From assembly GCA_025453525.1 (NCBI GenBank), contig JALOQD010000028.1, positions 1 to 42,539 on the forward strand: 42,539 nucleotides of DNA, in the 5' to 3' direction. The notes beneath the pieces were generated by a model. That model worked only from the letters and a program-made list of their open reading frames with translations, ran no database searches and was not told the origin of the DNA. The position numbers were made by a program, and so were the translations under genes. Positions 19,619-28,502 of the stretch are shown here, in pieces (position 1 is the first letter of the stretch; every line of letters begins with the position of its first letter). This DNA is from Myxococcota bacterium. GTDB lineage: Bacteria; Myxococcota_A; Polyangia; JAAYKL01.

Positions 19619-20929
19619 ATGATGCACAAGCTCTTCGCAAGTCTACTGCTGGTGGCCTTTTTTGTTCTTCCTGGCGCGGTTCGAGCCCAAGGTTGGCTGG
19701 AAGACCGCGCCGATTCCGAAGGTCCGGGCATCCGCCTTGGAGACTCTCTTCTCTTGCATCCAGGTCTCGCTCTCGAGGGAGGCTATGACACCAACCCACT
19801 TCGACAAGAAGAGGATGTGTCTGGCGCCGGACGATTGCGAGTGACCCCCTATGTCGACCTTACGACCCGGGGCGCCAAACGGCGCGTGGAAGACGACGGA
19901 GCCATCGAGAAGCCTGCTGAGAAAGTTCGCTTTGGACTGGGGCTCGCTGGCCATTACGATTGGTATTTCTCGGATGAAGCGGCCATCCGAAGGCAGCGGG
20001 ACTTTGGAGTCGATTTCAAGACCAACCTCGCGGTGTTTCCCGAAGGCGCGTTCACGCTGCTCTTCGACGCGGCCTATTCGCGTTCCCTGACGCCCTACGA
20101 GACCTCTGCCGATTGGTGGGCGCACCACGTCTTCTCCCCTTCCTTGGGGTTCATCGTGCGGCCAGGAGGCGGCACCTTGAGCTTCGAGCTCGGCTATCGC
20201 CTCAACGGCATCTTGTTCGAGGACGAACCCCTGGCTACCTCGGACAACCGGTTGAGCCACGAGGTTCGCTTCTTGACGTCTTGGAAGGTGTTTCCCAAGA
20301 CCGCGCTCATGTGCAAGGTGTACTTTTCGCCGACCATGTACCTGAACGACGCCAGCCCCAACACGAACTCCAAGCCCATCCACAGCTTCCTCGGGCTGCA
20401 AGGCCTGCTCACCGACCGCGTGGGGCTTTCTCTGTTCGTGGGATATGGGGCTGGAATGTATGATCGAGGCGACGAGTTCGATAGCGTGATCGCCACAGCC
20501 GAGCTCATGGCCTTCATTACGCCTACGGCGACGGTTCGCTTGGGCGGTCAGCGGGACTTCTACGATTCTTTCTACTCGAATTTCTACGTCAAGAATGGCG
20601 GCTATCTCGGCTACGAGCAGCTCTTTGGCGGGATGTTCCTCGCGGCCTTGCGAGGCAGTGTCTACTATCGCCAATTTTCGGCCTTCAATGAGAACAACCC
20701 CGGAACGGTGATCGAAGCCAACGGGACCCGGGGCGACCTTTGGGCAGAAGCGAGCCTGCTCTTGGAGCTGAGAGCCACGGATTGGCTGAGCTTCCATCTG
20801 TCTGGCGCGTATCAAGGGAATATCAGCGACTTCACGACGACCTTCAATCTCGAAGATGGCACGTCGATGGAGCAGGGGTGGGGCTTCCACCGCTTCGAGG
20901 TCATGGCCGGTGTGCGAGGCCATTATTGA
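19619..20929 (+). CDS. Outer-membrane beta-barrel protein, probable OPX partner (Wzp/EpsX-like)
   Basis: Signal peptide ...PGAVRA|Q; LHPGLALEGGYDTN; alternating amphipathic strands; C-terminal aromatic residue (GVRGHY); lies directly upstream of the OPX gene. Confidence 0.8.
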   Translation: MMHKLFASLLLVAFFVLPGAVRAQGWLEDRADSEGPGIRLGDSLLLHPGLALEGGYDTNPLRQEEDVSGAGRLRVTPYVDLTTRGAKRRVEDDGAIEKPAEKVRFGLGLAGHYDWYFSDEAAIRRQRDFGVDFKTNLAVFPEGAFTLLFDAAYSRSLTPYETSADWWAHHVFSPSLGFIVRPGGGTLSFELGYRLNGILFEDEPLATSDNRLSHEVRFLTSWKVFPKTALMCKVYFSPTMYLNDASPNTNSKPIHSFLGLQGLLTDRVGLSLFVGYGAGMYDRGDEFDSVIATAELMAFITPTATVRLGGQRDFYDSFYSNFYVKNGGYLGYEQLFGGMFLAALRGSVYYRQFSAFNENNPGTVIEANGTRGDLWAEASLLLELRATDWLSFHLSGAYQGNISDFTTTFNLEDGTSMEQGWGFHRFEVMAGVRGHY

Positions 20930-20988
20930 GCGATCCCCAACGTGCCTCGAGTCACAGCGCATTCAAACTTTCACGAACTGGTCATGAC

Positions 20989-21603
20989 ATGAACAAGCAC
21001 TCGGAGCGCGTCGTTGTCGTTATGCTTCTCCTCCTCGCTCAAACCTTTGGATGTGGCGGAAGAATCGTACCGGCGCCGACCCTGCCCACCTCGGAATTCT
21101 CCCCGCCCCCAGACACGACTCTCGGGCCAGGGGACGTGTTCGATGTTCGCGTGTTCGGAGAAGAGGATTTGACGAGCACGTTCCGCGTGGCCTCTGACGG
21201 GGGCATCGACTTTCCGCTCGTGGGCGTCGTGACCGTGAGTGGCAAGACGCCCACCGAAGTCGCCAAGACCATCGAAAAAGGGTTGCGCGACGGCGACTTT
21301 TTGAGAAGCCCTCAGGTTTCGATTTTCGTCAAAGAGTACAATAGCAAAAAGATCTCCGTGTTCGGCCAGGTCAAGCAGCCTGGGACTTTTCCTTACAGCG
21401 ATGGGATGAGCGTGGTCGAGGCCATCTCCAAGGCCGGCGGTTTTACCTCCATGGCTCGAAAAAACGATACGACCGTCATCCGCGTCGTGGAGGGAAAAAA
21501 AGAGCGCTTTCAGGTTCCGGTCGAGGCCATTGGACAAGGCCGAGAGCCCAACTTCGTGTTGCGCACCGGCGATATCGTGTTTGTTCCAGAACGCATTTTC
21601 TAA
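20989..21603 (+). CDS. Short OPX polysaccharide export lipoprotein (Poly_export + one SLBB domain)
   Basis: Lipobox TFGC; LGPGDVFDVRVFGEEDL, DGGIDFPLVG, VFGQVKQPG, EAISKAGG; ends LRTGDIVFVPERIF with no C-terminal membrane helix; 204 aa. Confidence 0.92.
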   Translation: MNKHSERVVVVMLLLLAQTFGCGGRIVPAPTLPTSEFSPPPDTTLGPGDVFDVRVFGEEDLTSTFRVASDGGIDFPLVGVVTVSGKTPTEVAKTIEKGLRDGDFLRSPQVSIFVKEYNSKKISVFGQVKQPGTFPYSDGMSVVEAISKAGGFTSMARKNDTTVIRVVEGKKERFQVPVEAIGQGREPNFVLRTGDIVFVPERIF

Positions 21604-21801
21604 AAGTTTCAACGACCCGCTCAGTGGCAATGACGTCGGACCGAAGAATCCCCTCTCCAGGCCTGCGTAACTCAGACATCGAACATCGATTTGGACGCAG
21701 ACCGTCTCGAACAGTCCTCGGCCTTTCAAGGGGATTCTTCAATCCTGCATTATGATCGATAGCGGATCGTTGAAAATTCTGCTGGATTTGGCGCTGGCGC
21801 C

Positions 21802-21845
21802 ATTGACCGCTGTGGTGCAGTCGAATACCGTCCACTGTGGTCAAT
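21802..21845. promoter_or_regulatory. Inverted repeat / hairpin upstream of the TIGR04563-type gene
   Basis: ATTGACCGCTGTGG-N16-CCACTGTGGTCAAT; 13 of 14 positions pair, counting one G-U. Confidence 0.35.
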
Positions 21846-21883
21846 AGGCATACAGCTGCGCGTGGAGTACGCCGAGGGTGGCA

Positions 21884-22084
21884 ATGAGCAAGACAGACAA
21901 GCGAAAACAGAGCCTATATTTCCCAGAAGACATGCTTCAAGAGATCATGGCCGAGGCCACGAGACAGGACCGCAGCTTGTCTTGGATCGTGCAGAAGGCC
22001 TGGAAGATCGCGAGGAAGGAAATCTGCTCGTATCCGTCGGTCAACGAGCCTGACGACGACAGTGCGCGAGACGACGACGACTGA
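21884..22084 (+). CDS. TIGR04563-type myxobacterial small protein (ribbon-helix-helix-like)
   Basis: MSKTDKRKQSLYFPEDMLQEIMAEATRQDRSLSWIVQKAWKIAR matches the family signature. Confidence 0.88.
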   Translation: MSKTDKRKQSLYFPEDMLQEIMAEATRQDRSLSWIVQKAWKIARKEICSYPSVNEPDDDSARDDDD

Positions 22085-22113
22085 GACTCTCGTAGATCTG
22101 GTGGAGGAGTGCG

Positions 22114-22992
22114 GTGGAAGGCACGTTCATTTCGCCAGTGGATGGCACGAACCTGTTTTACGAAACACGGGGAAGTGGCCCGGCGATAACGCTGTGCGAT
22201 GGCGTGTTTTGCGACGGGCACATCTGGCGCTATTTCACGCCTGCGTTCGAGCGTCACCACACCATCATTCACTGGCATTACCCTGGTCACGGTCGTTCTT
22301 CCCTGCCACCGAGCGGAGGCGCGGTGGGGCCAGAGCGCCTCGCAGACGACGCTGCGGCGATCGTCGCCCACGTGGGGTGCGAGCGGGCGCTGTTCATCGG
22401 CCATAGCCTCGGGGTTCAAGTCGCCCTGGAGGTATGGCGCCGGCATCGGTACAGTGTCTTGGGACTCGTGCTCACCTGCGGCTCGCCCGGCCACCTCGTG
22501 GAGACCTTTCACGATAGAAAAACGTTCAGCTACGTCTTACCGTTTCTCGATGCCGCGACTTGGCTCATTCCCCGCGCGGTGTCTTCTCTTTGGAGGCATT
22601 TGCCCACCAAGGCCTTGCTCTACGCGTCCATGGCGACGCGCGAGGTGAATGGGCGGCTCATTCAGGCTTCGGATCTCCTCGAGTATTTTACCCGGCTCAC
22701 GCACATGGATTTTGCGCTCGGAGTGAGGATGATCGAGGCGGCTGGAAGGCACGACGCCTCCCCCTATCTGCGCGAAATCGACGTGCCCGTTCTCGTTTTT
22801 GGCGGTCAGGAAGATCGTTTCACGCCACCGTCTCGTTCTGCGCAGCTTGCCGGGCCCATCGAAGGGGCGGAGCTGCTGATCGTGCCAGGGGCGACCCACT
22901 CCCTGCCCATCGAGATGCCCGAGCTCTTCAATCTGCGGGTTCGCCGTTTTGGGGAGTCACGGATTTTTCGCATTCCAGCCACCACTGTTTGA
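22114..22992 (+). CDS. Alpha/beta fold hydrolase
   Basis: GHSLG nucleophile elbow, YPGHGRS, GGQEDRFTP, GATH; GGAGGAG RBS with GTG start. Confidence 0.9.
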   Translation: MEGTFISPVDGTNLFYETRGSGPAITLCDGVFCDGHIWRYFTPAFERHHTIIHWHYPGHGRSSLPPSGGAVGPERLADDAAAIVAHVGCERALFIGHSLGVQVALEVWRRHRYSVLGLVLTCGSPGHLVETFHDRKTFSYVLPFLDAATWLIPRAVSSLWRHLPTKALLYASMATREVNGRLIQASDLLEYFTRLTHMDFALGVRMIEAAGRHDASPYLREIDVPVLVFGGQEDRFTPPSRSAQLAGPIEGAELLIVPGATHSLPIEMPELFNLRVRRFGESRIFRIPATTV

Positions 22993-24901
22993 GCTCTGCA
23001 AAATCAGTGGTCGCCGGGCAGGGGGGCAATGAACGCAAAAACAGCTTGGCATAGGACATGGTCAGAAGTCGTCGATCCAAGATCGCGACGATGCCGCGAT
23101 CGCGCGCCGTGCGAATGAGCCTGCCAAACCCCTGCTTGAGCTGCAGTGCTGCTTGCGGCAATTGATAGGCATGAAAGGCGCCTCTTCCGCTTTCGTTCAA
23201 CGCCGCAATCCGAGCAGAGGTCAAGGGATCGCCAGGAAACGCAAAGGGCAGCTTGTCGATGACCACGAGCCGCAGGGCATGACCCGGAAGGTCGACCCCC
23301 TGCCAAAACGACGATGTGGCGCACAGAATCGATGTCGTATCTTGCATGAAGCGATCGATGAGCACGGATTTGGGGGCTTGCCCCTGAAGCAAGAGGGGAA
23401 AGGGAGCGCACTGCGCGAGTCTCTCGTACATGCCCTGCATGCCGCGGATCGAAGTGCAAAGCACGAGCGCTCCGCCGAGGGTGAGCTGTGCAAGCTGTGC
23501 GGTCCAGTGTGCGGCAGCGTCCATGAAGGTGGAGTCGCGGGGGTCTGGCAAGTCGGTGGGGAGGAACAGCCTGGCTTGGCGGGAATAGTCGAAGGGCGAG
23601 GGGAGTGACAGGTCCTGCGTGGGAAAATCGAGGCCCAATCGGCTCTTGAGGTAGGTGAAATCCCCAGCGGTCGATAAAGTCGCGCTCACCAAGACGACCG
23701 TGGGCAGATTGAAGAACACACCGTCTCGCAGCATGCCAGACACGTCGATGGGGCTCATCCCCACCACGACCGAACGCGCCCGCGTTTCGAGCCATGGCAC
23801 ATAGTCTTTTGGGGGCCGTCCGAGCAGGGAGGCCAAGTCCCTGCGCAGGTCATCGCATCGATGGGCCGCATGATCGACGGCTTCGTCTTGGCCTTCGATG
23901 GCCAAAAGAGAGTGCTGCAGAGCTTCGAGGGCGCTGTCGAGCCTGTGGTAACGCTCGATCTCCTCTCGAGACAAGCCCGTGGGGTCGAAGTCGACTCGCC
24001 CGGCCTCCTTTGCTCCCAGGTTGAAAAAGAGGTCTTGGGCCGCGGACCGGACGGCGTCGGCCAGCTTGGGTCGCGTGTTCTCATAGGGGTCGATGGAGAG
24101 CGCTGCGCAGCGAACGCTCGCCAGGGCATCCTGCGCAAGGTGCCAGATCTTGGATGAGGAGACCGCAACGCTGAAAAACTCCGTGGCGATATCCTCGATG
24201 AGGTGCGCCTCGTCGAATACCGCCGCGCTGTGCTTGGGCAGGAGCGTCCCGCCTTTGAGTCGCGTGGAAAGGTCAGCGAAGTACAAGTGGTGATTGACGA
24301 CGACGATGCGGGCGCGAGAGGCGCGTTGCCTGGCCAGGGTGACAAAGCATTCGCTGTGAAACGGGCACTTGGCGCCGATGCGAGTGTCCTTGGTGGAGCA
24401 GACCTCTTGCCACAGGGCGTCGTCGTCGGCAAGCTGTGGAAGCTCCATGCGATCGCCGCTGTGGGTGCGCTTGCTCCACGAGAGCAGCTCTTCGATGCGA
24501 TGGGCAGGATGGGCGAGCGCGCGTCCAGTGTGCGCCAGTTGGGCCAGCCGCCTGCGGCACACGTAGTTCTCCTGGCCTTTGAGATACGCGACGCTCGCGT
24601 CGACCTCGAGCGCGGTGAGCAGTTGGCTCAGATCCTTGAAGTAGATCTGATCTTGCAAATTGCGGGTGCCTGTCGAAATGACCACCGTTCGTCCACACAA
24701 AAGCGCAGGCACGAGATAGGCGAGGGTCTTTCCCGTGCCGGTGCCGGCCTCGGCGAGCAAGACTCCTCCTGCCTCGAGGGCGTCCTCCACGGCTTGCGCC
24801 ATCGTGGTTTGCGCTTGCCGGGGCTCATAGTGCGAGAAGACCCGCCGGAGCGGTCCGCCTTGGCAAAAAACGCTTTCGAGCGACATTGGGCTATTGGGCA
24901 T
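22928..24901 (-). CDS. DinG/YoaA-family ATP-dependent DNA helicase
   Basis: Q motif YEPRQAQ, Walker A AGTGTGKT, DEAH, four Cys for an FeS cluster, FWQGVD, LKQGFGRLIR; alternative start 24886. Confidence 0.93.
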   Translation of the reverse strand: MPNSPMSLESVFCQGGPLRRVFSHYEPRQAQTTMAQAVEDALEAGGVLLAEAGTGTGKTLAYLVPALLCGRTVVISTGTRNLQDQIYFKDLSQLLTALEVDASVAYLKGQENYVCRRRLAQLAHTGRALAHPAHRIEELLSWSKRTHSGDRMELPQLADDDALWQEVCSTKDTRIGAKCPFHSECFVTLARQRASRARIVVVNHHLYFADLSTRLKGGTLLPKHSAAVFDEAHLIEDIATEFFSVAVSSSKIWHLAQDALASVRCAALSIDPYENTRPKLADAVRSAAQDLFFNLGAKEAGRVDFDPTGLSREEIERYHRLDSALEALQHSLLAIEGQDEAVDHAAHRCDDLRRDLASLLGRPPKDYVPWLETRARSVVVGMSPIDVSGMLRDGVFFNLPTVVLVSATLSTAGDFTYLKSRLGLDFPTQDLSLPSPFDYSRQARLFLPTDLPDPRDSTFMDAAAHWTAQLAQLTLGGALVLCTSIRGMQGMYERLAQCAPFPLLLQGQAPKSVLIDRFMQDTTSILCATSSFWQGVDLPGHALRLVVIDKLPFAFPGDPLTSARIAALNESGRGAFHAYQLPQAALQLKQGFGRLIRTARDRGIVAILDRRLLTMSYAKLFLRSLPPCPATTDFAELKQWWLECEKSVTPQNGEPAD

Positions 24902-25148
24902 AGATGAGCAGCAGGACGGCGAGCATCACAGCCGTGAAAAGAAAAGCCGCGATGGCCACGGGGTCGAGGCCCATGGAACGCCTCATGCGCTCGCTTTCGG
25001 CAAGGGCGAGCGCCTCTTTGGACAAAGGTGGCTCGCCGGGCTTTTTCTGGAATGACGCCTCTTCTAGAACCCGGGAGGCTTGCGCAAAATCCCCGGCCTC
25101 GAAAAGGCGTCTGGCTTGGGCGACAATATCAGAGGGATCCTTGACCAT
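24891..25148 (-). CDS. Small hypothetical membrane protein
   Basis: 85 aa with a C-terminal TM (LDPVAIAAFLFTAVMLAVLLLIY); co-directional between ahcY and the helicase. Confidence 0.65.
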   Translation of the reverse strand: MVKDPSDIVAQARRLFEAGDFAQASRVLEEASFQKKPGEPPLSKEALALAESERMRRSMGLDPVAIAAFLFTAVMLAVLLLIYAQ

Positions 25149-25192
25149 GGCGCGATCATCTTAGGCCCAAGGCAGGGCGAGGGAGAAGCGAA

Positions 25193-26611
<1,419 letters not shown>

Positions 26612-26776
26612 CGGGGCATTCTCCTTGGCAGTGCGAAAGCTTTGGTTAGCGTTGCGCTTTCCTTGTATTGCAAGGGAACCAGCTTTCCGTCAACTGCTCG
26701 ATGAATGGGTGGCGCAACTCGATAGCGCTGCCCGGCTTTTGCCACACACTTAAATAGGACGGCGAAAGGAGAATGA

Positions 26777-27451
26777 ATGCGCGTCATCGCTTTGTCGGTG
26801 CTCAGGGAGAATCCAGGCAGATATGCAGAGGTGGCGGAGGTTCTTTCCCAAGGAGGGCTCGTGTGTTTTCCCGCAGGTTCGGGTTACAAGATCGCAGTGG
26901 AATTGGGCTCCGAGGGCGCCGTGACCTCGGTCATGCAAGCCAAGCGGCGCATCAAGAACGCCCCAGCGCTCGTTTTTGTGCCCACCGCGGAGGCGATCGA
27001 GGAGCTCGCCTCTTGCGTGTCGGAGCAGGCCAGAGTCCTCATGCGCGCGTTCTGGCCAGGGCCGGTGACGCTGCTCGTCGAGGCAAATGAAGAAATCGCT
27101 CCAAGGATCCGCAAGCCCCTCACCCAGGCCAAGGGTTGGATCGGCGTGAGATTGCCCCACGAGGAAGTTCCCATGGCTGTTCTGCAGGCCTTTGGCAAAC
27201 CGATCCTCGTATCCTCGGCCAATATCGCCTCGAAACGCGGCGCCCATTCTGTGGCCCAGGTCAAAAAGAATTTCGGCAGAACCGTGGAGCTGCTCGTAGA
27301 TGCGGGAGATATCGTTCCGCAGCCCAGCTCTACCCTCGTCGACGTGTCTTCAGACGCTGTGCATGTGATCCGCGCCGAAGCCGTGCCCGAAGCCGACATC
27401 CTCGCGGCTCTGGCGTTTTCGCGCTTGGACGCCTTGGTGGCTTTGCCGTAG
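26777..27451 (+). CDS. Sua5/YciO/YrdC (TsaC) family protein, divergent
   Basis: AKRR, FWPGPVT, IGVRLP, SSANI, VDAG, SSTLVD; the N-terminal motif is FPAGSGY instead of PT(E/D)TVY. Confidence 0.8.
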   Translation: MRVIALSVLRENPGRYAEVAEVLSQGGLVCFPAGSGYKIAVELGSEGAVTSVMQAKRRIKNAPALVFVPTAEAIEELASCVSEQARVLMRAFWPGPVTLLVEANEEIAPRIRKPLTQAKGWIGVRLPHEEVPMAVLQAFGKPILVSSANIASKRGAHSVAQVKKNFGRTVELLVDAGDIVPQPSSTLVDVSSDAVHVIRAEAVPEADILAALAFSRLDALVALP

Positions 27452-27488
27452 AAGCCGAACATGTCCGAGACATTCGTGACCCCCCTTC

Positions 27489-27530
27489 CCCCCACGAGTT
27501 CCGCCTTGGGGCTGATGTGGGGGACTTTTT
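27489..27530 (+). terminator. Possible intrinsic terminator after the Sua5-family gene
   Basis: CCCCCAC...GTGGGGG stem (21-nt loop) followed by ACTTTTT. Confidence 0.3.
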
Positions 27531-27743
27531 GGCGCATGCGCGCGTCTTTTCTGTTAACGTTTTCGCGATCATGATACGTGAGACAGCCAACAACGAGCCT
27601 GACGGACGCCTTTTAGGGCGTTTCGGTGGCGCGCTTGAGGTCGAACGGAGTGTCGGAATCGGGAAGGAAGGCGCTGGCGACCCGGCGGTGGCGGCGACGA
27701 ACGTAGTGCAATATTTCCTACGCTCCGCATCGATGGAGTCATC

Positions 27744-28397
27744 GTGGAAGAACTCATTTTTCAGCTAACCGAGCTCAACGGCGGGTTTGCGATACTGGTG
27801 GTTTTCGGAATCCTCCTTCTGTGTGGGTTGGGGCTGCCGATCCCAGAGGATATCCCGCTCATCGCCGCCGGCTACCTCATTTATTTGCACGAAACGACGT
27901 GGGCGATCGCCTTGCTCGCGGGCATGTCGGGCGTGCTCGTCGGTGACTCGATCATCTTCTGGTTTGGCAAGAGGCTCGGCGCCAAGCTGTTCCGCAGCCG
28001 CCTCGTGATGTTCCTCACCACCCCACAACGGATCCTCAAAATCAAGGCGTACTATCGTAAATACGGGGAGAAGATCATCATCGCTGGGCGGTTCCTTCCC
28101 GGGCTGCGGGCGGCTATCTTTTTCGTCGCCGGGAGCTCGGGCGTGCGCTACTCGAAGTTCATCGCGCTGGACGGCATTGCCGCTCTGGTGAGCGTGCCGG
28201 TGTGGCTCTTCCTGGGATCTAGGTTCGGCAGCGAGATCGATTCTCTGATGGACAAGATCCATCGCGGAAAGACGATCGCTCTGGCTGTGCTCGGCGGGAT
28301 CGTGCTCGTGTACATCATCTCCTTCATCTGGAAGGCCAAGACGACCGCGAAGCGCGTCGAGGCCGCCGCGACCATTGAAAGGGACGCTGACCTCTAG
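27744..28397 (+). CDS. DedA family membrane protein
   Basis: GLPIPEDIPLIAAG, GVLVGDSIIFWFG, GRFLPGLR. Confidence 0.93.
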   Translation: MEELIFQLTELNGGFAILVVFGILLLCGLGLPIPEDIPLIAAGYLIYLHETTWAIALLAGMSGVLVGDSIIFWFGKRLGAKLFRSRLVMFLTTPQRILKIKAYYRKYGEKIIIAGRFLPGLRAAIFFVAGSSGVRYSKFIALDGIAALVSVPVWLFLGSRFGSEIDSLMDKIHRGKTIALAVLGGIVLVYIISFIWKAKTTAKRVEAAATIERDADL

Positions 28398-28502
28398 AAG
28401 CCAGGGGTCAAAAGCCAGGGGATAAAGCCGACCACAAGTTCACCCAATATCGTGCTGGAAGACATGAGAGTGAGTGATCCACAGGTGACCAACAAAGGGA
28501 CA

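Noticed and set aside
22928-22992. 65-bp convergent overlap of the hydrolase and helicase 3' ends
   Set aside because: Short tail overlaps are common in high-GC genomes
26612-26776. SAH or SAM riboswitch upstream of ahcY
   Set aside because: No conserved core (GAGGAGCG...AGGCTC) found by eye; an Infernal/Rfam scan would settle it
28398-28430. Direct repeat AAGCCAGGGG x2 upstream of the GH31 gene
   Set aside because: Only two 10-bp copies; too weak to call an operator or an array
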